NCBI GenBank assembly: GCA_030704615.1
Contig: CM060731.1
Location: 89,776,001-89,840,000, forward strand
Source of the DNA: Takakia lepidozioides
Taxonomy: Eukaryota > Plantae > Bryophyta
Length of the DNA stretch: 64,000 nt
Direction: 5' to 3'
Within the stretch, counting starts at the first letter, position 1; the number at the start of each line of letters is the position of its first letter. The position numbers and the translations under genes are program-made. Shown here piece after piece: positions 1-12,500 of this stretch. Under the pieces are notes generated by a model. The model was not told the DNA's origin. It saw only the letters and a list, made by a program, of their open reading frames with translations, and ran no database searches.

Positions 1-1417
1 TGCAGGATAAGACATGTGAGATGGAACATATGTCCACATAATCCAAGCACATGACATCCCTCTGGGCCGTATGGATTCCTACACATCGAACAAACTGTGT
101 CATATGATATCCATGACGGCAAAACGCCTCGTGGTATCTCCTCCCTCTGGGCCAGTTTGATGTGGCTGGTCATTCTTGTTGTGGTGTCCCATTTTTCCTC
201 TATCTCCAATTCCCAGTTTATGCTTTTGTTCGACCCCGAAATTTTGTGCTCACATCGAATGAACATAGAATCCACATCTGCCCAATTGGTATACCCGGCG
301 AACACGTTTGATGCGATGCGGAGATCGTTATACCTTTGCGTTTTGGTATAAATGCTATCCACGCTACGGTTCGACATGCGTGCGACACGTTGCAAGCCTG
401 ACAGTGCCCGCTCTACCCGTGCTTATCTGGAGGCCAAATGGGTCGCTCATTGTACCCAATTCTCCCAGTCGCCATTCAATGAGACCCATGTCTGTATCTC
501 CAGCGTTTTGGATAAGCGCTATGCAGTTGCCATGGCAATGTCCCGCTCCTTTATAGCGCGGTCGACATCTAATATTGGGTTCATCTCCGATTGAATGACG
601 ACCCTCGAGCATTCCCCGGTTTCCAGTACTGGTTATTTTCCTTTCCTCCTTCTCTCATCCGCAATTCGTTGTTCTTTAACCATGGTTTCATCGGCCACAG
701 GGTCAAGGACGTCCGTAATTTCGTGAATGATGGGGTCAATACTGCGATCGGACATCGCAAACTCCGCGTCCATGTCCACGACGTTTGTTCGATCCTCATT
801 GTGGACAACAGTGCCTTCATTGTTTGGAGGCATGTCTTGCAATCTAGCTTCCAACTCGGCTATGTGCAGTGTTTGTCAGTCTAGTCGGTCCTGCAGGGTC
901 CTGATTCGCTGGTCTCTTTCCGCCAGTTGTTCCTCTAACGTTGCAGCCGGTTGTATTCCGAACGTGTCCGGGATGTACTCCAAATCGTATAGCAACCTTG
1001 CGTTCCTCCTACTAGCAGTTTGCCAATTCACTGGACGCAAGAGTATGACCTTCACGTACAACATGGCTGCCAAGGAGGTTGACCCCACAATGTGCAATGC
1101 ACCTCATTCGCCCTATGCTGGAAATGCAAATTCGTGCAAGACCTGGACTCTGCGTAATTGTTTCGGGTTTGCACGTCATGCCTATCCAAAGGCCACAATC
1201 GATTGATGTGGTACCATTTCACGAATTTTTGGCATCTCGCCATCGGCCACCGGAACTCTTCCAGATCATCCTCCCAGCCCTCTTCTGCTAGTATGTTAGG
1301 GTCACCATATACTTCTCAATTCAAGTCTTGTCTTGACCCTTTGATTTTCTTAGGGGGCGGTCCATGTTCATTGGGGTCATCTCTTCCATGACGGTCATCG
1401 TCCTGGCCCTCTGCCAT
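1..1417 (-). pseudogene. Decayed gene encoding a C-terminal RING-H2 zinc finger protein; runs off the left edge, probably TE cargo
   Basis: Manual translation of 422->1 gives ...VLPSWISYDTVCSMCRNPYGPEGCHVLGLCGHMFHLTCLIL (C-x2-C...C-x-H-x2-H-x2-C), which is not in the ORF track. ORFs 633..854 and 876..1097 are in the same frame, separated by single stops. ORF 1052..1243 and an ATG at 1417 lie one frameshift upstream. Confidence 0.7.
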
Positions 1418-1787
1418 TCTGACAATCGGAGCAACACTAAACGAGGTTTTCTAAAAAGACGTAACTCTAAACCCTTCCCCCGTTAAGTAGGTTTGAGTAG
1501 GTGTCAAAATAGTTCCTAAAAGCTAATTTTGTAGAATAAAATGATCCTGGAAGCCAGAGGAGGGCCTATGGGAGCATTCTGCAACGACCTCACAGAAATT
1601 GCGGCAAAAAATACCCCCCCACCCAACCAATGGCCTCCTTCTCCACGTGACTACGTGTCGTGGAATAATGAAATGTCACGCACACAGAAGTTGTGTGGAG
1701 AGGAATTGAGGGGAGAATAAGCCTCCCTGGGCTTATATCCCCCCCCACCCTCATTTCTCGGGCCACGTGCAGGGCGAATCTTCTAGA

Positions 1788-1821
1788 AGCGACCGCCAAC
1801 TTGGCGGTCGTTCGATTTTCC

Positions 1822-1855
<34 letters not shown>

Positions 1856-2760
1856 GACTGCCAGTACAAGTGGTCGCTCCATTTTCCGGAAATAAAATAA
1901 ATAAGCGACCATCAACATAGGCGATCGCTTCATTTTCAAAAACTTTAAAATAAATAAGCGACCGCCAACATAGGCAGTCGCGTCATTTTCAAAAACTTTA
2001 AAATAAATAAGTGACCGCTAACATAGGCGGTCGCTTCATTTTCAAAACATTTAAAATAAATAAGCGATCGCCAACATAGGCGATCGCTTCATTTTCAAAA
2101 AATTTAAAATAAATAAGCGACCGCCAACATAGCCGGTCGCTTCATTTTCAAAACATTTAAAATAAATAAGCGACCGCCAACATAGGCGGTCGCTTTATTT
2201 TCAAAAAAATTAAAATAAAAGCAACCGCCAGCAATGGCGATCGCTTGATTTTCAAAACAATTAAAATAAAAACGACCGCCAGTCATGGCGGTCGCTTGAT
2301 TTTCAAAAACATTTAAATAAAAGCGACCGTCAGTAATGGCGGTCGCTTCATTTTCATTTTCAAAACAATTAAAATAAATGCGACCGCCACAAATGGCGGT
2401 CACTCCATTTCCAACCAAATTTAAAAAAAAACGACCGCCACTAATGGCGGTCGCTGCAATTACAAAAAACAACAATACCAGCGACCGCCCCTAATGGCGG
2501 TCGCTCCATTTTCCTCCAAGAAACAAAAAAGCGACCGCCAGTAACGGCGGTCGCTTCATTTCCAAAATAATTAAAATAAAAGCGACCGCCAGTAATGGCG
2601 GTCGCTTCATTTCCAAATAATTAAAATAAATGCGACCGCCAGTAATGGCGGTCGCCCCATTTCCAAAAATAAAAAAATAAAAGCGACCGCCAGTAATGGC
2701 GGTCGTTGCATTTAAAAAAATAACCATTACAGCGACCGCTAGAAATGGCGGTCGCTGCAT
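1788..2760. repeat. Array of palindromic GCGACCGCC-N(4-8)-GGCGGTCGC units with A/T-rich spacers, ~55-60 bp period
   Basis: Directly visible, e.g. GCGACCGCCAGTAATGGCGGTCGC at 2582, 2632 and 2683. Confidence 0.95.
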
Positions 2761-3000
2761 TTTGTAAAAATAAAAACTGTCAGTAATGGAAGTGAGGGGA
2801 GAATGACTGGGGCTTATATGCCCCCCCCCCCCCCCAACCTCATTCCTTGCTCCACCAGGGATCCTCGATGATGCGCCGTGTAAATCTGCTCCCCTGCTGC
2901 TACATGGTACTCGTGATGGCTGGCTCTTGGGATGCGCATTGGCGGTTAGGCAGATTCTCCTCTGGCAGGCGACAAAGCGATGATCGCTTTGCTCAGACCC

Positions 3001-5158
3001 TCATGGTTCGGTCGGCTGGATATAAGCATCCTTATCTGTGAATGTAAACGGGTCATACGCATTTTCGGGAGCATCATCGGATCCATCTTCACTATCGGAG
3101 GCAGATGATTTCCTCTGAGATGATTTTCTCTGAGGCTCAGTATCGTCACTCATCGAATCAGCCTCAGAAGCAGAGTCTTCGGAATGCAAATTCCTCTCAT
3201 ACCATGCTGCAGCATCATCCGCTGCCCCCTCACGTAGCAATCGGCAATTGGTATACACATACACCAATTTGTCAGCCCTCGCGGGATTCAATCTGTTGCG
3301 AATCTTGTTGTGAACAAATGAGTAACTGCTCCAATTGCGTTCGCAAGATGAGGCAGAGCACACTTGAACAAGAATACGCTTCGCAATGGGAGCCAATGTT
3401 CTTGCTCCAACTCCAATCAGATCCCACCATTCATGTGACAACATATTGAGCTCTTTTGGATCCGGCATGTCCTCAAAAGGGTCGCGGCGATCTAAGAAGC
3501 ATTTGTACTCGGATGTAGCTTTCTCTACATGGTTCGGCAGAGCCAGTCGCATGAGCACTTGCACGAGGCCGGCCTTGGCATCAGCATCGTCTCGGAGCAT
3601 GGTATTATTGAGCAAGAATGGATTGAGCAAAGCCCCCACATAATGCAAGTCCGTTCGAACCATCGAATGACGGTCGTAAAATGCATCCTCAGCACTGTCC
3701 GCAAGTTCAGGTTCCAAGGAGAAGGGAGGATGTCTCAAGGATTGGACGTGCTTCTCAAGATTTTGCATTAGTAACCATGCCTTGCCCATTGCTGGTTGCT
3801 TTCCATCAAATTCCCACAAGACGATTAACACCGGCTCTACCATATAAACAAAGTTTTCACATTTCTTCCAAAAATCATCGCTGCGAATGCTATTTCGAAC
3901 TTTTCGACTTTTGCCCAATGACTTGGCTTTTCTGGAGTCCCGCAATGTCCGTGTGTACGCATCCCATTGAGGATCGATGATGGTGTGTTCCAGACTGCTC
4001 TTCACCGTCACCAACCGATCCACCATCAAGAAGTTAGTGGCAAAACGAGTTTCGCCTGGATTGCGGAGGCTGTATTTGGGTTCGTGCCTCATATGTATTG
4101 TCAAAGGGATGTGGTGTGTGCGGATGAACGACACAACAGTCTTCGCTCGCTTGACAAGTTGTTTCACCCACTGTTCTTTTTCCCAATTTTCCAAAAAGAG
4201 GTCAAGGATATGAGCAACACAACCTTGATAGTACATATGGGGATAACGTGCCAACAACATGTCTGCAGTGTTTCTCATGTTAGCGGCATTGTCTGTGCAT
4301 ATTTGCACGATTCTATCACTTCCGACATGTTCGATGAAGTCCGTCAATAGTTGGCATTGATAACGTCTATCTTTCTTCTCGCCGCTAGTATCGACCGATC
4401 CCAAGAATTGTTCCCCAGCTGGACATACGAGCATGACATTGAACAACGGTCTGTTTGTGACAGAACTCCAACCATCGGCACATATAGTGCTTCCATATTT
4501 TCTGATGCACTCGCCCGTCCTATCGTTGACCTTTTGGGTAAGCTCGGTCATGACGTCTTCTAGCAATCATGTGCGGAGATTGTGATAAGTCGGAGGCACG
4601 TACGTGGATCTGGACTTCGAGGTTGCTCTAACGGCAGAAACAAATGTCGGAAGCCTTGCCACATTAAATGGTATGTTGGCCTCGAAGAAAAACTGCGCCC
4701 ATTTTTTATCCAACTGTCTTTTCGCAGACAAGTTAAGACCTTCTTGCATGGATTGCTACTCCGTTGAAGTGTATGGGTACAAAGAGGTGTTGAAACAGGT
4801 GTTGCTCCGGCACAATCCACTTGTCCAAGGACACCCGAAGCCTCACAAGAGTCACCCTGGGTACTAATCGGGGCATCCTGACGGGAAGATGGAGTGTTCT
4901 GCTCAGAGATCATGTCCAGATCCAAAGACATTGGAATATTGCTTCCACACTGGGCAAAGTGGCTTTTTACCTGCATAGATGCTTTAAGGCATAAACCCAC
5001 CCTAGCGCTCTCACACCTTTATAGCCGAGGTGAGCGAGCAACCGATCCTTACGATAAGAAAGCTTTAATCCACATATGTTGCACTCAACACTACCAGTGG
5101 CACTGACAGTGTTCGGGATTGTCGTATACCAAGGGCTCCATTCCTCCTTCATCTTCAC
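3001..5158 (-). pseudogene. hAT-superfamily transposase (BED-like zinc finger, DUF659-type core, hAT dimerisation domain), inactivated
   Basis: Motifs ICADGWS (catalytic D), CVAHILDL (CxxH), ETRFAT and SASSCERNWS (catalytic E) in 3001..4566. ORF 4567..4749 is in frame behind a TGA. BED-like W..VECNICG..RLLAHLG is in 4967..5158 (frameshifted). Confidence 0.92.
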
Positions 5159-5585
5159 CCAATATCCACTCCCCTGGGACCTAGCGATGCAAGCAACAAA
5201 AAACAGTCACCTATAAATGAACATGTTGTGAATGTAGAGTGCAATGCGATAGCCCAACACTTCTACACCTGTCAGCAACCCAAGTGGATCGATGTGGGTT
5301 GTAGTGTTGAGCTTATACACAATCTGCTGAAGTGGCTTTGGTGGAAGCCACAACGGCAAAAGGTGCGCACCCTCCTCTTGGGCTACACTCTCGTTCAATG
5401 GAAGAGAACATCCAAAACAACCTCAAGTGTTTGCGCCAAAAGAAGTGAGGAGTTTGGTGACCCTCCTCCCTTATATATGATCCAAGAGGGATGAAAGTGA
5501 AATGAAAGTGAAATGAATAAATGACGAACCAATAGCGCCCACCCGAAAAAGGCTGTACAACCATATTTGTTGTAATTTTGAAATT

Positions 5586-7294
5586 AAGCGACCGCTAATA
5601 CTACGGTCGCTATTTTTATTTTTTATGAAAAATAAGCTACCGCCACTACTCCGGTCGCTTTTATTTTGTGCAATATTGTGGTCACTTCTATTTTGTATAT
5701 TTTTAAATTTAAGCGACCGCCCGTATGGCGGTCGCTTTTAATCTTTATATTTTCAAGTTTAAGCGACCTCCAGGCTGGCGGTCGCTTAAACTTAATATAT
5801 ATTTTAAAATTGACGCGACCGCCGGTTTGGTGGTCGCAAATATTGTATTGTTTTTAAAACAAGTGACCACCGGTGTGGCGGTCGCTTTTATTTTCATATG
5901 TTGCTTGTTTTTTTTATATAATTTTAAATTTACCGACCGCCATATGGCGGTGGTTTGTTTTTCTATATATATTTTAAATTAAGCGACCGCCCAATGGCGG
6001 TTGCTGTTTTTTTTTTTTTTTTTTTTTGAAATTATCCGACCGCCATATGGCGGTCGCTTGTTCTGTACATATTTACAAAATTGTGCGACCGCCAATACGG
6101 CAGTCACTTGTTTTCTTTTTTAAATTAAATGACCGCCAATGCGACCGCCAATCTTGTTTTTTTTATAAAATAAATTGAAGCGACCGCCAAGATAGCGCTC
6201 GCTATTTCTTTTTTTAATTCAAAAAATAAAACGACCGCCAGTGCGACTGCCAATCTTGCTTTTTTTTTAAAAAAAATTGAAGCGACCGCCAATATGGAGG
6301 TTGCTATTTCTTTTTGTATTTCGAAAAATAAAGCGACCGCCAGTGCGACCGCCAATCTTGCTTTTTAAAAAAAAAATTGAAGCGACCGCCAATACGGCGG
6401 TCGCTATTTCTTTTTTAATTTCGAAAAACAAAGCGACCGCTTCTTAGCAGTCCTGAGCTCAATTGTTGGCACATCCAAGCACAGACTCATTCTAGAAGTA
6501 ATTTTCCTGCATTGGCTCCATAAGGTTGGGTGGTCAATTGAGGAATAGCATGACATGGAAGCATATGGTTCATGCTACCAAAATTAGGCAGACTGTGTCC
6601 CATCCACATTGGCTCCGTTTCATCCTCATTAACTCATCCACAACCATTCTACACTGATGACAACAACGTAAAATACCACATTAGCATGGCATTAAATCAT
6701 CTAAAGACCATTGTAGACTGATGACCTGGACATTAATACATCCACAACCATTTCAGTATCTACAAACACTATCATTCTGCAACATTCACCAACAAACCCT
6801 AAACTCTCTTCTGCACCTCGCCTCGTCGCCCACACCATAATTGGAGATCGCGTTCATTTTGTTAATTTTCAAAAATGTATTTGCCACCGTGGAACCGCCA
6901 ATACGGCAGTCGCTTGTTTTCTTTTTTAAATTAGGCGACCGCCAATACGACTGTCAATCTTGTTTTTTTTTTTAAATAAATTGAAGCGATCGCCAACATA
7001 GCGGTCGGTATTTGTTTTTTTAATTCGAAAAATAAAGCGACCGCCAGTGCGACCGCCAATCTTGTTTTTAAAAAAAAAAACATTTGAAGCAATCGCCAAT
7101 ATGGCGGTCGTTATTTCTTTTTCTATTTCGAAAAATAAAGCGACCGCCAGTGTGACCGCCAATCTTGCTTTAAAAAAAATAAAAATTTAAGCGACCGCCA
7201 ATACGGCGGTCGCTATTTCTTTTTTAATTTCAAAAAATAAAGCGAATTGTCGGTCGTGTTCATGTTGTTAATTTTTAAAATGTATTTGCCACCG
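5586..7294. repeat. Second GCGACCGCC palindrome array, including an ~400-bp tandem duplication (about 6090-6894 with insert vs 6895-7294)
   Basis: Same motif as 1788-2760 with T-rich spacers. 6090-6440 matches 6895-7245, and 6852-6889 matches 7258-7294. Confidence 0.9.
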
Positions 7295-7935
7295 CCACCG
7301 TGTCGGCGACGTGGCTGCTTAAGTGGCAGTATTTTACCTGTTACTATTTTACCAAAATATTCCTCGAACCTGACGTGACGGAGGTCCCGTCAGCGTCAGG
7401 TCTGACGTGACCTGACGCTGACGGACGGACGTGACGCTGATAACCGGGCCATGGGAGACCTCCCGTATTACACATCAGTAACAACATCGCGAGGATACAG
7501 TTTACAAAGTCAGATTAAAAAAGGGCCACCGTTGAAATAGACATATAAAAGTACATTCCGCTAGGGAAAAAAATACGATATTCGGACCCCGACATATCCT
7601 TATCAGATAACGAACCAAATTGGGACTCATAACTATATTATTCAATGAGCGCTATGGTGAATGAGAATATTAATCATGTCAATCTGCAATAGTCAAGAAT
7701 CTGTAGCACGGGAGATCTCCCGTGCTATGTGCGGAAAATACAATCAACTAGACTAAACTTTCACTGAGATGCAGGCAGTCCAGGTTCAAATCGCTAGAGA
7801 TATAGATGTTCAGAAATTGAAAGTTCCAAATGGTCGACACAGAGAATTCAAGGTCAACTTCTGATTGTGAAAGGAGCTCCCACAAAATCCTGGCAATCAC
7901 CAGTAAGATCAACATTTATACATATTGTCGTCAAA

Positions 7936-10847
7936 TTAGCACGGGAGATCTCCCGTGCACCTCTGTACACTGTGCTTAATCAGACTCACTTTGATCGTTC
8001 GCAGCATATAGATTTGCTTTCGCTTTAACTGCTTTGGCCTTTCCAATACGTCTAGACTCAACTTGGAGGTGTTCTTCCGAAGTCGCATTGTCCACACCAC
8101 ACTGTTCGTATGTATCCACTTTGGTGGATCAGATTCATTGAACTCCCAAGCTTTGTCCCAACAGTTTCTATACCTGTCCACATCCTCCGCTGCAGCACTT
8201 TTAGGTCTCCACCACTCCAGAAGGACTTGCCGATATCTCTCATCTGAATGGTCACGAACAACATCATAGATTACCACACCCATCCAAACTGGATATGTCT
8301 CTGTGTCTGGTGGTCGAATAAGTACGAAGTTTCCAATTTCAATATCTTTGAATGGGTTCATCGGCTCTTTAGGTCTCTGACTCTTTGGCCCACAATAGGG
8401 ATCCAGCTAGTTACGATCTTCCTCCTCTGACTCCTCCTGACTCTCACATTCAACCCTAATCCCATCTATGTCATGGTTATCTTTCCACAAAGTCAAAGGC
8501 CAAAACCCCTCCTCATGTTTGTCCTTTGGCTCAGGCAATGGCTTACCAAGTTCAATAAAAACATCCTTCCAATACTCATCGTAGTTCTTTATGATATTTT
8601 CGTAGTTCTTGTCGAGATCCATCCCAAGTCTCCAGAATTCACGGTACTTCGAAAGGCCATTTACAATACTGGCATTTTTTTCCCTGGCGTCTGGCTTTAT
8701 TCCCCAAATAGGGTGCAGTGGAATAGGTTCCGGGACCCCCTGGGGTAGCAGGGGAGACCTCCCGTCCTCAGTGACCTTCCACATTTTGACTGCACCCTGC
8801 TTCGGAAGCCAGTCAGCGTTGGTTGCCGATTTCTTATACTTCATTACAGGCCAACCGTCACAATCCACATAGAACTTGAAGATGTGCATTTCAGATGTGC
8901 CGATTAGCGCATCGCTCCCATCAATAATATATCCATCCACAAACTTCTTGAAGTTTGCGACCTCCTGTATCAGTTGAGGGATAAATGACAAGTTTTGAGA
9001 CTCCATAAAGAGGCGCATGAGATTCGGAAGGATATATGTGCTCTTTTGTTTCAACTTCTTCGACAGATAACTAAAGTATGCATCAATATCCTTGTGGGTG
9101 TGACCAACCATCAGGAATCCAAGCTGGATCTCTTCAAAAACACCTCTCGCCATCAAGAGTGATAAAAAAGCAAGCATCCAGCGATTTTTTTTCTTTCTTG
9201 AAGAATTGTCCATTTGCAGGTATAGTCGACGGGGTAATGGCTTGGTTCAAACAGGGCCTTGGGATACCCTAGGCTTCGATGCTTTCTCACATCGAGACTT
9301 TCCCCTCATGAGAGTTTCGAAAAATGAGTTCTGCATTGGATGATCGAAAATTTCTCTTGAGTCTCGACATGTGGGCTTCTCAAGAGCGTGAAGACAACGA
9401 GCCAAGGAGCTGATTGTCAAGTTAGGGTCACTTGGCCAGAACTCGTTCGTGAACTAAGCATAAGCACTGTCACCATGGCCATGAGTCACCATACCTGTTA
9501 GGGATATAGGTAGCTGACCGAGACCAGATGTCATATTGTTTGTTACGAGGAGCCGGGGCAACGCAGTCTTCGAATGATCCATCTTATCGTGTATAATACA
9601 CAGAAACTCCTCACCCATCATCGTTGATTCATTTCGCCAACTATGATAAAGCCTGCGACATGACTCCTGATGCTTCAAATGTCTCTCAAATTTTGTTTTG
9701 TGCTTTCTCTGCTCCTTAGTTCCGCTGACTGACTTCTGGATAAGGTCTTTGAACATCTCACAATTTGTGCAGTTCGCGAATTTTCCACCAGGTTTCCGAA
9801 CCTCAACATTCCCAAAAAGTTTCATTCAAATTCGGCTAATTCCAGACTTCGACAATGCCTTCAAGCCCATTCGTTTGTTTGCTTGATCCAATTGTCAACA
9901 ATATATAGAGTTGGTATTCTATTTAGGACGGGAGACTCCCGTGGAGATTGAAATTGAGATCGAATTTCCAATATCTATATCCAAGAGATATGAAAATTTG
10001 ATAGATGCAAAAAGAACGACAGACACAAAATTTCGTTCTTAAATAGATGGACAAATTCGCTCGGAACGATCCATCAATGGACTATCGGTTATTTTGCTGA
10101 CGATTGATATCGACTATGAGCACGTGTAGCAGAATGATTACGGGAGATCTCCCGTGACATACGCTCCTTGAAAGTAGAAAAATATTTATAGAGGCAGAAT
10201 CGGATTTGGTTGGAAAGCAGTATCCAACCTTATTGGACTGTCGGTTCAGCTCCTTCCAATTCATCTCCACCGGCAGCAACTTCAGAACATCTTGTCTTCC
10301 TTCTCCGATACCTCTCATTTTATGAGGCATGAGGTCACTGTTTTTGGAAATCAGCGATAACAAATTCGCCTCGGCTTGCACGGTTTTTGCTCGGGGTTTC
10401 TTCATTCCTCTATTTCCATGCATTGACGAGATGTATCCATCATTACTCTTCCTCTTGTATCCATGGTACGTTGACCTTCCGATTCCATGGATTGTCCACC
10501 ACGCCTTCTCACAGACCTCAACTCCTTCCATTGTAAGGTAGGCATGACAACCTGGTAGTCGGTGTAGTCGTCGTGGGATGTCAAACCCTAACTCTCTCTT
10601 TGCATCAAAAGAAGATGCCAAGAACTTACTGCGGATAGCCTTAGTTTTTTCCCAGCTGAAGTGTTGACAACAGTTTCGAGCACAACAACTCACAGAACTT
10701 ACTGCTTGAATTGACTCCGAATTTAAGAGTCGGATCAATTTCTTCCCTCTGGAGTTCTCATCTCCCTTTCGAACTCATTTCAAACATTTATAACTCCTTC
10801 AAAGTGGTCATCCTCTGTGTCTGACTCGTGCTCTTCATAAAATTTTG
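7936..10847 (-). pseudogene. DDD transposase, Sola1-like (DUF7869-type), with a Cys-rich N-terminal region and a C-terminal BAH-like extension; interrupted by the LTR element
   Basis: ORFs 9454..9825, 8407..9213 and 7936..8361 are one frame broken by single stops. Motifs IIHDKMD, LQMDNS..KKKN and FLMVGHTHKDIDAYFS match the D..DN..NKN..GHT..D pattern of Sola1-type transposases. Upstream exon 10082..10738 has CCARNCC and VCEKAW, and a probable intron lies near 9.9-10.2 kb. Confidence 0.75.
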
Positions 10848-11593
10848 TGTCGCGCACCTCACTTCGGTAAACTCCCCCCCCCCTCAAGTCATAGTTACTC
10901 GCTTGATGCGCGCGCCTAACTCCCAACCTGGCCGCCGGGCCAACTTGGAGCTCTGGCTGCTCACCGGGGCATAACGGTCCCCATTTGATCTCCCAAAGAA
11001 CCCTCCAACGATTTGGAACCAGCGGAATTCCCTTTGGTAGTTGGCAGTCCGGAACAGCTCCCCACTCTTTGGTCGCTTTCCGGCTCGCTCGCTTACCGGC
11101 TCGCTCGCTTACTCACTAGTTTTTGGTCACCAACGGGCTTGCACCGTTCTCGGGGTTACTACTCCCTATATATACTTCTGTAGCTGTCCGCGGGGGTTTC
11201 ACAAACAACCATGTCATTTTATGGCAAACCACCACGAACACCCTCGACTCCCGGTGATGAGTCGCGGTGAGTCTTGGCCCACCCACCACGGCCCCTATGG
11301 ACCATGATGAGTCCCAAGACTCCCCACGACTCCCACCACGAGGTCTCCGCCCCAGGGTGAGTCCTATGTCACCCCCACTAAGTCCCGCTAAGCTACCACC
11401 ACCCCTTGTGGAGCCACCCCCACCGCAACCCGGTGTGCGGGGCTCCACCTAGTGAGCGCCTCCGCCTCCTTGAGTGCCTTGGGCACTCAAGGGTGCTTCA
11501 GCCCCCCATACCTATCGCTGCCACTGCCCCCACCATAGGGGCAGCCCCTCTTGTGTCCCGACCCCCCTGCCCTCAAGGCAAAGGGCCGCGACA
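10848..11593 (-). repeat. 3' LTR of chromovirus (746 bp)
   Basis: Begins TGTCGCG, ends CGCGACA; near-identical to 17109-17831. Confidence 0.95.
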
Positions 11594-11608
11594 CACACCC
11601 CTACCAAC
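11594..11608 (-). promoter_or_regulatory. Polypurine tract (PPT)
   Basis: Minus strand GTTGGTAGGGGTGTG directly abuts the 3' LTR. Confidence 0.6.
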
Positions 11609-12500
11609 AGGGAGTCGATGTCCTCATCGGCTTGTCCATTTTGTGGAAACGGACATCCAAGTTGTGGCGTCCCACATCAAGGAGTTTGTTTCCGTACCAT
11701 GGCGTCCCATGGCAAAGAACCAAACCCCACACTTGACTCTACTCTCCACTAGCTAGTTCGGCCGACTTCCTCCAAGTCCCGGCCAAGGGTGGAGCCTCTC
11801 AAGCTCCTCCCAGTGCACTCTTCTTGGCCTACTTCAAGGCCAAGGAACGATCCTCCCCGAGGATCGAATCGCCTTACTGCAACAACATTGCTTGCGACCG
11901 CTCATGATACCGCTTTTGGCATCACCTTGAGCAAGGGTTCACCTCAAACCTTCTTTGACTAGGAAGATAACCTTGAACCAACCGCGCGCCCCAATCACTA
12001 CAATTGGGTCCGCCTTGGAATGCTGGCCTGAGGTACGGGAACACGCCGAAGCCGCACTACGACTTCGTCCCGAGGCTACACGATTATAGTACGTGAACGG
12101 AAGCACATAGCTTCCGCGTTAGCCCGCACTGCAAAGCAACCCCCTCGGTAGCGCAGTTATAGTATGCGCACGCGCCAGGTGCGCACTAGCACGTGAACTC
12201 CTAAAGAAGGTGCAAGTTTCCTTGCCCCTTGGATGGGAGTCACCCGATTTCGGCACTGCGCAAACACACGATTAACCCAATTTACCTCTCCCACTTTTGT
12301 AAGCTAGCATGCATTCTACACACTAGCCAACCACACCATGCATCACCATTCCAAACAAAATAGGTCGCACAACATTTGGAACCCATTTCCTTTATAACAA
12401 ATTTTTTGTACAATACAAGTTTTTGCAATCGGATTCCTAAGCTAGCTAAGCCGGGCTAAGCATGCATTTCCTCCCCCACGCTCCAAGGTTGATGTCCCCA

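Larger units (their letters stand above)
1..7448 (-). mobile_element. hAT-transposase-containing composite DNA element; left end outside the window, candidate right end near 7448
   Basis: The hAT transposase is flanked by the same GCGACCGCC palindrome arrays on both sides. TGACG-rich inverted subterminal motifs at 7370-7440 end in ...CTGATAACCGGG, after which a different motif family begins. The second TIR and a TSD are not visible. Confidence 0.5.

Noticed and set aside
2104-2760. ORFs 2104..2475 and 2491..2760 with repeated ATAITGGRF peptides
   Set aside because: These are translations of the palindrome array with no independent coding evidence.
1788-7260. CRISPR-like appearance of regularly spaced palindromic repeats
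   Set aside because: The spacers are low-complexity A/T tracts similar to each other, there are no cas genes, and the context is eukaryotic.
11116-11448. 110-aa ORF conserved in both LTRs (also 17356..17688)
   Set aside because: The conservation is explained by LTR identity; the sequence is GC-rich and low complexity, with no domain.
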